From Bacteroidota bacterium (GTDB taxonomy: Bacteria > Bacteroidota > Ignavibacteria > Kryptoniales > JAKASW01): DNA of 64,000 bases. The position numbers and the translations under genes were made by a program. Positions 1-8,518 of the stretch are shown here, one piece after another. The notes beneath the pieces are model-generated. The model was not told the origin of the DNA. It did not search any database and saw only the letters and a program-made list of their open reading frames with translations. Each line of letters begins with the position of its first letter. Within the stretch, counting starts at the first letter, position 1. The stretch lies in the NCBI GenBank assembly GCA_023480735.1, contig JAMCXB010000043.1, positions 12,750 through 76,749 on the forward strand, written 5' to 3'.

Positions 1-191
1 ACTACATGAAGATGGACGTCATGAAGAATCAGAAACTAGCCGTTGCGAATGGTTTGGTTCTCCTTTCGATTAAGGATGGCAGTGCAGAGAAACTCTGCAT
101 GACATGTCATAACAAGAAGAGCCCGACCTTCAAGGGTTTCGACTTCAAGACTATGTGGTCCCAGATAGCTCATCCAGTTCCGGCAAATTAA
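1..191 (+). CDS. C-terminal end of a c-type cytochrome (5' partial, runs off the left edge)
   Basis: Reading frame is open back to position 3. One CxxCH haem motif (CMTCH), ends ...IAHPVPAN*. Lies directly upstream of the barrel and multihaem genes on the same strand. Confidence 0.6.
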   Translation, partial: YMKMDVMKNQKLAVANGLVLLSIKDGSAEKLCMTCHNKKSPTFKGFDFKTMWSQIAHPVPAN

Positions 192-228
192 TTATGTCCT
201 CTTTCATCTCCATAAAGGAAGGTGGGTT

Positions 229-1704
229 GTGAAAGTCGCTGTGCAAAAACGATCGGAAATTTGTGGAGAAAACCGGCATCGTGAAGACGATGCCGGCTCT
301 TTTCTCCTGAATGAACTGACGATTAATTACTCGGCAAGGCTGAGAACCGATTCCTGGAGACGTGCACCGAAGCGTACGGTGCGCGGTTTCATAATCTTCG
401 GGCTGCTTTCATTTCTCTTCCTTTTCCTCATGAACCCATTGGGAACCGGACGAGCTTATGGCCAAGCGGTAAGCGGTCGGTTCGTTACTTCGTTCTATTC
501 TTACCAGCAATATGATACGACCGATGCTGCCAGACTCGATTTGCGAGGGTTCGAGGCTATGCAGTTGAATTTCGGAGCAGGGAATTACCAGCTGCATACG
601 TATATACTTGCTACTAACGACTTCGTCACACCACTGCCCAATGATCCTTTGCTTAGGGCCGGCAATTTGTATTTAGAGGCGAGGAACATTGCTAATGTGG
701 TGGACCTGAAACTCGGAAGGCAGCCGATTTTCAGCAAGGTGGGCGTTTCTTCCTTCGACGGCTTGAGCGCGGATGCCAAGTTCCTCAACAATCAGGTCTG
801 CGTCGTAGCATTCGGCGGGGCGCTTCCGCCGGTCGACGAAAGATTTGAACTGAACTCCGACCTGAAGAACAATACCCTTTACGGTGGACAGGTATACTAT
901 TCTCCCATTGAGAATTTCAGAGTGGGCGGCGCCTACGTAGACAAGAACTTCAAGCCGCCAAGCTATTATGCTTATCGCCTGACAGACCTCCACAACACTC
1001 CAAGCTTCGGCGACAGTGTTTATATTGACCCGTCGGCTACGGCCTACCAGTTTGTCTCCGGCGATATCCTCTACTACAATAATAATGTCACCGGGTATGT
1101 TCGAATCGACTATGACCTTAACTTCGCGGATTTCAATCGTACCGAGTTTTCGTTTAGATATTCTCCAATAACTTCTCTTTCCGCTAATGTGGAATATTTT
1201 CATCGTGACGCGCGACTTCCGTTCAATTCGATCTTCTCTGTGTTCGACCATGCGGGTACAGACGAGTACGATCTGGGGCTGAACTACAGGCTTACGAATA
1301 ATGTCAGTGCGTTTACGTCCGTCAGCAAGGTTTACTACACGGGAGACAATTCGACTCAGTATTCGATCGGTACAAATATTTATCTGTTCTCGGTGAACTT
1401 CTCCCACAATGACGGATTTGCAGGAAACCTCAACGGGCTGAACGCCCAATTTATGTACCCAATGTTCGAACGCAGGCTTGTTCTGATCGCTTCCGCATCG
1501 GCGATGGACTACAAGATACTCCAGGAGAGTTCTCTCCCGACGAATCGTCTGTACCCGCATGGTCGAACACAGACATATCGGCCGATCGATCTGCTCTCGT
1601 TCAACTTGCAGGGGCAGTACTATCAGAACCCCGTGTATAAGAACGACGTCAGGGGATACCTGCAGGTGAACTACTATTTCTTCAAAAGTTTTGATTCCAA
1701 TTGA
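229..1704 (+). CDS. putative outer-membrane beta-barrel (porin-like) protein
   Basis: GTG start 4 nt after AAGGAAGGTGGG. Signal-peptide-like segment RGFIIFGLLSFLFLFLMNPLGTGRAYG/Q (alternative GTG start at 379). The remainder is Y/N/S/G/T-rich with alternating-polarity strand-like stretches and ends ...GYLQVNYYFFKSFDSN. Stop overlaps the next start (ATGA at 1701-1704). No family recognised by eye. Confidence 0.5.
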   Translation: MKVAVQKRSEICGENRHREDDAGSFLLNELTINYSARLRTDSWRRAPKRTVRGFIIFGLLSFLFLFLMNPLGTGRAYGQAVSGRFVTSFYSYQQYDTTDAARLDLRGFEAMQLNFGAGNYQLHTYILATNDFVTPLPNDPLLRAGNLYLEARNIANVVDLKLGRQPIFSKVGVSSFDGLSADAKFLNNQVCVVAFGGALPPVDERFELNSDLKNNTLYGGQVYYSPIENFRVGGAYVDKNFKPPSYYAYRLTDLHNTPSFGDSVYIDPSATAYQFVSGDILYYNNNVTGYVRIDYDLNFADFNRTEFSFRYSPITSLSANVEYFHRDARLPFNSIFSVFDHAGTDEYDLGLNYRLTNNVSAFTSVSKVYYTGDNSTQYSIGTNIYLFSVNFSHNDGFAGNLNGLNAQFMYPMFERRLVLIASASAMDYKILQESSLPTNRLYPHGRTQTYRPIDLLSFNLQGQYYQNPVYKNDVRGYLQVNYYFFKSFDSN

Positions 1705-2978
1705 TGGAGGCGCAGATGAAAAGATCTATACTCTTTGGAATTGTCAGTATCGTCGCGCTCCTGTCAATCTCGAATCTTTATGCGACGAAGGATGCTCCTA
1801 AGGTTGACAATGCGAAACTGATAAAATTCTCTCATTCGTTGCATATTAACGATGTAGGCGCCGCTTGCACGGATTGTCATACGAATGTCACGAGTAGCAC
1901 GAAGGAGACCGATTATCTTATACCAAACATGTCGGTTTGTTACTCCTGTCATGACCAATCATCGACAAAGTGCGAGTTCTGTCATACTTCCTCGGACAGC
2001 AGCACTTATCGCGATCTCGTTCAGACGCCAAGCCCGGTATACTTCTCACACAAGCGGCATGCGGGCGTACTGAAATTGAAATGCGAGACTTGTCATCAGG
2101 GATTGGACAAGGTCAAGTATGCGGAGGAAGCGCCTAACGGCGGTCTTCCGAAAATGGAACAATGTACGGTTTGTCACGGCCAGTTAAGCAACAACTTCAA
2201 AACTAAGAATGTCAGTCATGCCATAACCCCGGCTCCGGGTGCATGCGGCGCATGTCATAAAGACTTGACGCAGCTCATTCCCGAGTCACACAAAATGCCT
2301 GACTTTATGACGCAGCATAAAGATTTCGTCAATGCTACCGGTCCGCAAAATGATTGCAGGTCGTGTCACTCTCCTACATCATGTCAGGAATGTCATGACG
2401 CAGGCAACTTTGCGAAGGACCTGACGCCGGGTCAACTGTATGTGCCTTCGACTCCGTCACTTTCGCCATTGACTGCCCATAAGGAACTTACGTTCCAGAA
2501 GGTGCATCCGTCTAATTTCAGATTCACACACGGAATAGAGGCAAAGGGACGCGAGAGCACTTGCTACACTTGTCATGACGAGAGGACATTTTGCGTGCCA
2601 TGCCACAACTCCGAAGCCAACGGCGCTCGCATCGAGCCGGTATGGCACTTCGGAGGGGACTTCGTGACGCTCGGGGTAGGCAGTGGCGGAGGAAGACATG
2701 CACAATACGCGAGAAAAGACATTGAAAGCTGTGCAAGCTGTCATGATGTCCAGGGCGCCGATCCGGTTTGCATAACCTGTCACACGGATCCGGATGGAAT
2801 AAAAGGGGATGACCCAAGAACCCATGCTCCATTCTTTATGCGTGACGTTAATGGAGACTGGCACACAAATCCGGGATCGGTCTGCTATGTATGTCATACC
2901 GATCCTAATGCGCATCCGGGCGGAAAGCCGGGTGTCGGCTTTTGTGGTTATTGTCACGGCAGCAATCCGGGAGACTGA
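1701..2978 (+). CDS. secreted multihaem c-type cytochrome with 14 CxxCH motifs
   Basis: N-terminal signal peptide (ILFGIVSIVALLSISNLYA). I count 14 CxxCH sites. Several sit in c3/c7-like modules (FSHSLH...CTDCH, FSHKRH...CETCH). Confidence 0.9.
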   Translation: MMEAQMKRSILFGIVSIVALLSISNLYATKDAPKVDNAKLIKFSHSLHINDVGAACTDCHTNVTSSTKETDYLIPNMSVCYSCHDQSSTKCEFCHTSSDSSTYRDLVQTPSPVYFSHKRHAGVLKLKCETCHQGLDKVKYAEEAPNGGLPKMEQCTVCHGQLSNNFKTKNVSHAITPAPGACGACHKDLTQLIPESHKMPDFMTQHKDFVNATGPQNDCRSCHSPTSCQECHDAGNFAKDLTPGQLYVPSTPSLSPLTAHKELTFQKVHPSNFRFTHGIEAKGRESTCYTCHDERTFCVPCHNSEANGARIEPVWHFGGDFVTLGVGSGGGRHAQYARKDIESCASCHDVQGADPVCITCHTDPDGIKGDDPRTHAPFFMRDVNGDWHTNPGSVCYVCHTDPNAHPGGKPGVGFCGYCHGSNPGD

Positions 2979-2981
2979 GAA

Positions 2982-3846
2982 ATGAAAAGATACATTGAAA
3001 TGATACTAGCTATTGCTGTGGGCTTCACCTTTAGTTCATGCAGTAAGCTGCAAAACAATGTCCTCGCCCCTGCCTCGGTACAGGATGTAGTTCATCCGGC
3101 AGGGTGGACGGACCTCAATTCGGCGGAATTTCACGGGACGTACATCAAGGAACATAATTACGATCTGGGCACGTGTGCGTCATGTCACGGTGCGGATTTT
3201 CGAGGTGGGATTTCCGGCAAATCGTGTTACACCTGCCATGAGGAAACTAATGGTCCGTTGGCATGCAACACTTGTCATGGCAGTCTGACCAACTCCGCTC
3301 CACCCCCTGATCTGTCGGGTAACACAAGTACATCTGATGCCGGAGTCGGCGCTCACCAGAGCCATCTTGAGGGGAACAGTTATCTATCCTCGGTGGCCTG
3401 TTCTTCATGCCATGGTCGTGCCGCAGGCGGCCGGTCCCGGTATTCACCCGGCTGGTTCTCAACCTGCCGTGGTGGCTTTTTCAGGAATTGCCACGACTCA
3501 GACTAACACGCCGGGGTCTCGTTTCTATGACAGTAGTCAGCCGACGATCACGCCACAGCCGATGTTCAATCAGCAGACGCTGCAATGTTCGAACACCTAT
3601 TGCCACGGTGATTTCAAGAACGGAAACAATTACTCGCCGACCTGGAACAAGGTTGCTTCGGGGCAGGCCGCATGCGGTACCTGTCACGGTATTCCACCCA
3701 ATACGCCGATTCATAAGGGACAGACTTTGCTGACCTGCTACCTCTGTCATGAACCCATGATGGGTCCGAACGGGGTTATACAGGACAGCTCGCTCCATGT
3801 GAATGGCAAGCTTGAACTGTACGGCAAGTCGGTCTCAGTGTGGTGA
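2982..3846 (+). pseudogene. multihaem cytochrome c lipoprotein, split by a +1 frame break near 3414
   Basis: Lipoprotein signal MKRYIEMILAIAVGFTFSSC. Frame 3 (2982-3413) carries CASCH, CYTCH, CNTCH, CSSCH. Frame 1 (3415-3846) carries CSNTYCH (CxxxxCH), CGTCH, CYLCH. The two ORFs (2982-3506 and 3337-3846) overlap, and one extra G at 3414/3415 separates the coherent parts. Confidence 0.75.
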
Positions 3847-3911
3847 CCGCCGGGACCTGTTGGGTGCAGAAGAAAAACATATTCGAGAGATAGATATTCG
3901 CCGGTAAGATG

Positions 3912-3950
3912 GAAAGCCAAGGGTATACGAGATGTCCTTGGCTTTCTTCT
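3912..3950 (+). terminator. rho-independent terminator candidate after the cytochrome module
   Basis: Perfect 11-bp stem gaaagccaagg (3912-3922) / ccttggctttc (3936-3946) followed by the T-rich ttct. Confidence 0.6.
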
Positions 3951-4060
3951 GTATGGATAGTGCTCCTGAATGCAACCGCCTGTTTCTATCCAACGATTTT
4001 GATGCTTCTTAGGGTCTAAAACATTATCTTAACATTTCGTCCGCAAATAGCAGGAAAGAA

Positions 4061-4855
4061 TTGACAGAGCTTACCGACATAAAAGGCTGGCTGGTAGATT
4101 TGGATGGAACTCTTTATCTAGGGGAGACCATTCTACCCGGAGCGATTGAATTTGTCGAGAAACTAGAATCACAGAAGCGAAGGTTCAGGTTCGTCTCAAA
4201 TACTACAGTCTACTCCCGTAGACAAATTGCAGATAAGTTGAAACGTCTCGGGATGAATGCGAGTGAAAGACAGATATTCACGGCGCCTTCGGCTGCGGCA
4301 GAATTACTGAGAACATTCGGCGGAGTCAAATGTTATCTGGTCGTTGCCGATGCGTTGCGCGAAGAATTTGAAGGATTAGAGATTTCCGAAAGGAATCCGG
4401 ACTACGTGGTGATTGGAGATGTCCGCGGGGAAATGAACTATGAGCTGCTGAATAAGGTGTTCAGGCTTGTCATGGGTGGTGCGGAGCTGATTGCCCTGCA
4501 AAAGAATAAATTTTTCAGGGGATCTGAGGGTTTGCAGATAGATGTCGGAGCGTTTGTGGCCGGTCTGGAATACTCTTCGAATAAACAGGCGAAAATCATA
4601 GGCAAGCCTTCGAGGCAGTTCTTCAATCTTGCCGTGCATGATATCAGGATGGAGGCAGGGGAGCGGTGGCTCTCAGCGGACTTTGGAATGGTTGGAGATG
4701 ATATCGAGTCGGATATTAAAGGTGCCATGGACGCGGGCTTGATAGGAGTGCTCGTTAAAACGGGCAAATACAACGACTCCTACAGTGAGCACTTTGGAAT
4801 TGTTCCCGAGTACTCTTTCGACTCCATCAAGGACTTGAGCGAGAGACTCGGTTGA
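4061..4855 (+). CDS. HAD-superfamily hydrolase, subfamily IIA (NagD-like phosphatase)
   Basis: TTG start. Motifs LVDLDGTLY (DxDGT), VSNTT and GDDIESDIKGAMDAG. 264 aa. Confidence 0.8.
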   Translation: MTELTDIKGWLVDLDGTLYLGETILPGAIEFVEKLESQKRRFRFVSNTTVYSRRQIADKLKRLGMNASERQIFTAPSAAAELLRTFGGVKCYLVVADALREEFEGLEISERNPDYVVIGDVRGEMNYELLNKVFRLVMGGAELIALQKNKFFRGSEGLQIDVGAFVAGLEYSSNKQAKIIGKPSRQFFNLAVHDIRMEAGERWLSADFGMVGDDIESDIKGAMDAGLIGVLVKTGKYNDSYSEHFGIVPEYSFDSIKDLSERLG

Positions 4856-5084
4856 TCCTTGATCCAAGCCGGACTATTCCTATTTGAATTCCTATTACGA
4901 CCTGTTCGCGTAACCCCACACTTATGGTTTCTCGCCAAGCCGCAAAGCGAACCGCTCGTCAACATTTCTTTGCGTTCTTGGCGCCTTTGCGAGAGAAATA
5001 ACCCTTTCAGTGAGGCATTACCTGTTCGCCCAGAAAGTTGTTGCTTTTCTGCGGCCCATTTGATTATTATCTTGCCGTAAACTA

Positions 5085-5708
5085 ATGAAAAATTTACAAG
5101 TAATTGATCATCCCCTAGTCAAGCGGGACGTGAGTCTCCTGCGCGCAAAAGCGACCACAAGCGAGGATTTCAGAATAGTCATGAGAAGGCTGACCTCTAT
5201 CATGGTCTATGAAGTCACCAGAGACCTGAGGCTGGCCTCGCATTCCATTGAAACTCCGTTGGAGAAGACCGACGGGTTTACTCTGGCGGATGAAGTGATT
5301 TTGGTCCCTGTGCTGCGCGCTGGACTCGGCATGCTCGAAGCTTACTTGAGTCTGCTTCCAAACGCGAAGGTCGGACACGTAGGCGTATATCGAGATGAGA
5401 CGACGCTGAAACCCGTCGACTACTACGCGAAATTTCCCCCTAACCTTTCAAGGAGTGTCGTGATACTAATCGACCCGATGCTCGCCACTGGCGGGAGTGC
5501 CTCGGCGGCAATCAGCTATCTTGAAGAGCGCGATGCGAAGAATATTCGCCTGAACTGTGTGGTGGCAGCGCCAGAAGGAGTTGCGCTTCTCGAGAAGGAA
5601 CATCCGAATGTGAGAATATACGCTGCAGTTCTCGACAGGGCACTCAATAAGAACGGTTATATTGTACCGGGTCTGGGCGACGCGGGAGACAGGATTTACG
5701 GCACCTGA
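5085..5708 (+). CDS. upp: uracil phosphoribosyltransferase
   Basis: 207 aa. PRPP loop ILIDPMLATGGSA and the C-terminal signature GYIVPGLGDAGDRIYGT. Confidence 0.95.
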   Translation: MKNLQVIDHPLVKRDVSLLRAKATTSEDFRIVMRRLTSIMVYEVTRDLRLASHSIETPLEKTDGFTLADEVILVPVLRAGLGMLEAYLSLLPNAKVGHVGVYRDETTLKPVDYYAKFPPNLSRSVVILIDPMLATGGSASAAISYLEERDAKNIRLNCVVAAPEGVALLEKEHPNVRIYAAVLDRALNKNGYIVPGLGDAGDRIYGT

Positions 5709-5714
5709 GTATCG

Positions 5715-6473
5715 GTGCGGGAAACACAAGTCAGCATGAAGTCTGAGCAGGACGAGAGAGTCTACGGATCCGGGAATGAGAACCTGCCGTCAAATACCGT
5801 CACAAAGGAAAGGCTGCGGGCTTATTACGACAGATTCTTTGAGAGCTCAGAGTTCAGACACTACGATGAGGGCGCAACCCGGAAAATCCTGCGGTCGCTG
5901 GTAAGAAAGGCGGGGGTAGGGGAAGGAAAAACCGTTTTGGATCTCGGCTGCGCTACCGGGTTTTACACAGATCAGTTTCGTCATCTGGGGATGTCATCCG
6001 TAGGCATTGATATAAGTAGTGTAGGGGTATCTAAGGCGAGAGCGAAATATCCCGATCTTCCTTTTGTCGTCGGTGATGCGGCCAGACTGCCATTCAAACA
6101 ATCTTCCTTTGACATCCTTTTCATGTCGGGTTGCAGCTTGACCAACACTCGTGACTTTCCGGCCATTCAGTCCTTCTTCGGGAGTCTGACCGACTATATC
6201 CTGAAAGGTGGGGCTCTGGTCGTTCTGAGTGCGAGCGATTTTTCCGGGGAAGAGGCTCCGATCAATGAATGGATCTATCATACCTATGATGAAATTCAGC
6301 GTTATGTAGACCGGGACAGCGTGCAGGTGCGTGGACCGTATGTCACAAACCTCAGGCTTCTCTCCAAGGTGGGTAGGATTGCTTTGAACAGGTTTACTTC
6401 TCTGGTACTCAGGAAAATACCCGGTAGAAGGAGATGGAGCGTCGTCTATTTTATTGGAAAAAAGGGGAGTTAG
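5715..6473 (+). CDS. class I SAM-dependent methyltransferase
   Basis: SAM-binding motif I VLDLGCATGFYT. 252 aa. Start uncertain (GTG 5715 or ATG 5736). Confidence 0.75.
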   Translation: MRETQVSMKSEQDERVYGSGNENLPSNTVTKERLRAYYDRFFESSEFRHYDEGATRKILRSLVRKAGVGEGKTVLDLGCATGFYTDQFRHLGMSSVGIDISSVGVSKARAKYPDLPFVVGDAARLPFKQSSFDILFMSGCSLTNTRDFPAIQSFFGSLTDYILKGGALVVLSASDFSGEEAPINEWIYHTYDEIQRYVDRDSVQVRGPYVTNLRLLSKVGRIALNRFTSLVLRKIPGRRRWSVVYFIGKKGS

Positions 6474-7207
6474 CTCGCAAATAGTTTGCCCACTATGAAA
6501 GTAGCTGCGGCTGCCAGTCCACCAATCGTGACGCTTTCCAAGCCGCTCCTCCAAGGGCTCTTTCCCGTAACCGCGGTTTTTGCCGCACCAACGCCGAAGA
6601 GAGAAGATAGTGTCAGGATCGCGCTGGCAATTAATCCGTTGTCAGGACGCATGAAAAAATACGGGATAATCGGCATGAGAGCACCGAAAGCATAAGCGCC
6701 TCCCGTAGCGATTGCCGATTTCAAAGGGGACACTGTCGAGTCTAATGAGAGGCCGAGCTCTTCCTGCATCATGATGTCAACCCAGCGTTCTTTGTCTGAA
6801 GTGATATGTGAGATGACCTTTTCCAGGATTTCCCCTGTGAAGCCTTTGGAACGGTAGATGTTACGAATCTCCTGGCGTTCGACTTCAGGGAAGTTATCGA
6901 CTTCAAAGCTCTCACGGTTCATCTCGCCGCGATAGTACTCGATCTGTGATTTTGTCGAGAGGTAAGCTCCGAGGGCCATTGATATTGTCCCACCAATGAG
7001 TTCCGCCAGTCCGGCTATCAGGATTACTTCGCTCTTGACGCCGGCACCGTTGACTCCCGAGGCAACAGCAAAGGCGGCAATCAGGCCGTCGTTTGCCCCG
7101 AAGACCAACTCACGGACTATGCTTCCACCGGGAATATGTAATGCCTCAGTATGGTGGCGTGAGTCCTTCGTATTCATAGCCTTGCCGCGCCAGGACCACT
7201 TTGCCAT
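6470..7207 (-). CDS. VIT1/CCC1-family iron/manganese transporter
   Basis: LVFGANDGLIAAFAVASGV motif, a central soluble stretch and C-terminal TM helices. Converges on the methyltransferase gene and overlaps it by 4 nt. Confidence 0.8.
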   Translation of the reverse strand: MAKWSWRGKAMNTKDSRHHTEALHIPGGSIVRELVFGANDGLIAAFAVASGVNGAGVKSEVILIAGLAELIGGTISMALGAYLSTKSQIEYYRGEMNRESFEVDNFPEVERQEIRNIYRSKGFTGEILEKVISHITSDKERWVDIMMQEELGLSLDSTVSPLKSAIATGGAYAFGALMPIIPYFFMRPDNGLIASAILTLSSLFGVGAAKTAVTGKSPWRSGLESVTIGGLAAAATFIVGKLFAS

Positions 7208-7368
7208 AAGTAGCTCCTTTTTTAAAATTTAGGACATATTGGGTGACCATAAAACCAGATGGCATGATTTCTTCGATTTTTAAGGCAAAGATTAGGCCTT
7301 CGCCCGAAACGATCGTTTTATGGTTCCAGTTCAGGTCCCGTCCGACCGCCCACTGAATTGCGCGTTAT

Positions 7369-7398
7369 CTTGACTGATTTAGATTGAATTGCTATATT
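7369..7398 (+). promoter_or_regulatory. sigma70-like promoter candidate for rplM-rpsI
   Basis: TTGACT (7369-7374), 18-nt spacer, TATATT (7393-7398), about 25 nt upstream of the rplM start. Confidence 0.4.
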
Positions 7399-7422
7399 AC
7401 TAAACAAAATTCGGAGAAAAAA

Positions 7423-7863
7423 TTGTCTGTTGAAGCTTCAACGAAAAGTTTTGCGAAAGAGGATGTCGAGCGAAAGTGGCTTGTCGTCGACGCGAATGGA
7501 AAGACACTTGGACGGTTGGCAACCAAAGTTGCATCTCTACTGAGAGGGAAGACCAATCCCCGGTTTACGCCGCATTCTGATACAGGCGATTTTGTGATCG
7601 TAGTAAATGCCGAGAAGGTGAAAGTAACCGGCAAGAAAATGGATACAAAGGTCTACTTCCATTACACCGGTTATCCCGGCGGCGCGACGTACACAAAATA
7701 TCGGGAACTTATCGAGAAGAAACCGGAAGTTGTAATAGAACATGCGGTCAAAGGAATGCTGCCAAAGAACCGCTTGGGTGCACGGCTCTTTACAAAGCTT
7801 AAGGTATATGCTGGATCTGACCATCCACACAAGGCTCAAAAGCCAACTGCAATTGAAATATAA
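7423..7863 (+). CDS. rplM: 50S ribosomal protein L13
   Basis: [31 protein letters not shown]... Start moved to the in-frame TTG 7423 behind GGAGA. The ORF-track start at 7384 adds 13 non-conserved residues. Confidence 0.93.
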   Translation: MSVEASTKSFAKEDVERKWLVVDANGKTLGRLATKVASLLRGKTNPRFTPHSDTGDFVIVVNAEKVKVTGKKMDTKVYFHYTGYPGGATYTKYRELIEKKPEVVIEHAVKGMLPKNRLGARLFTKLKVYAGSDHPHKAQKPTAIEI

Positions 7864-7875
7864 TCAGGAGTTTTA

Positions 7876-8274
7876 ATGGCTTCAGTTCAAAACGCACAAG
7901 TAGCCGTTGGAAGGAGAAAGACCTCAACGGCGAGAGCGAAACTTGTGCCCGGTTCCGGTAAAATTTTTGTCAATGATCAACCGCATTTCGAGTACTTTCC
8001 GGTTGTCTCAGTTCAGAACGAGCTTACGAAGCCGTTCGAGGCGACTGAGACACAGGGTAAGTATGACGTCTACGCCGTTGTGGAGGGAGGCGGGTTGTCG
8101 GGACAGGCCGGAGCTCTCAGACTCGCGATCGCCAGAGCCTTAGTAAAAGAAGGCGAAGAAATGCGAGGCAGGTTGCGTGCGGCAGGCGTTCTGACGCGAG
8201 ACCCGAGAATGGTCGAGCGAAAGAAGTATGGACGCAAGAAGGCACGTAAACGCTTCCAGTGGACAAAGCGTTAA
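7876..8274 (+). CDS. rpsI: 30S ribosomal protein S9
   Basis: 132 aa. EGGGLSGQAGALRLAIARAL and a basic C-terminus ...KKARKRFQWTKR. SD is AGGAG. Confidence 0.95.
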   Translation: MASVQNAQVAVGRRKTSTARAKLVPGSGKIFVNDQPHFEYFPVVSVQNELTKPFEATETQGKYDVYAVVEGGGLSGQAGALRLAIARALVKEGEEMRGRLRAAGVLTRDPRMVERKKYGRKKARKRFQWTKR

Positions 8275-8518
8275 TTAGTTAAAATAATCATACTTCCCAA
8301 GCTGATTTCTCGCATATAGCGGGAGTCCGCTTCCCGGGCCGGTCGAACGATTGGGAGTACTCAATAAGTTCGACCTGGAAACTCAGCAAGTGAGTCGCAG
8401 AGGCAGGGAATTCACGCGGCGGTGTGACCTGAGCGTCATTCCGCGTGGAGATGAGGGAAGTAGAAGTGATGCCGGAGGCGGGTTGGCTTCCGGCAGCAAA
8501 AAAACCAAAGGAGCAACA

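Noticed and set aside
673-1560. Long antisense or alternative-frame ORFs: 673-1560(-), 20322-20960(-), 21037-21840(+), 23392-24081(-), 35686-36363(-), 38688-39296(-), 51550-52248(-).
   Set aside because: Each lies fully inside a well-supported gene on the other strand or in another frame. They have R/S/P/H-rich shadow-frame composition, no SD and no recognisable motif.
4985-5010. PyrR-binding loop in the upp leader (gcgagagaaat resembles part of ARUCCAGAGAGGYU).
   Set aside because: Only the GAGAG core matches. The flanking UCCA and GGYU are missing.
7208-7368. Looked for a yybP-ykoY manganese riboswitch upstream of the VIT1/CCC1 transporter gene.
   Set aside because: The conserved GGGGAGUAG and UGGAGAGAC blocks are absent. 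The only similar string is the SD (AAAAGGAGCUAC).
8351-8518. N-terminal extensions proposed by the ORF track for rpsB (8351), atpD (44016), htrA (44003), purC (62593), the DUF971 gene (41809), the DUF62 gene (37923) and the sugar kinase (17681).
   Set aside because: The extensions lack family-like sequence. Conserved N-termini begin at internal ATG/GTG/TTG codons preceded by SD sequences. In one case (41809) the extension contains a terminator hairpin.
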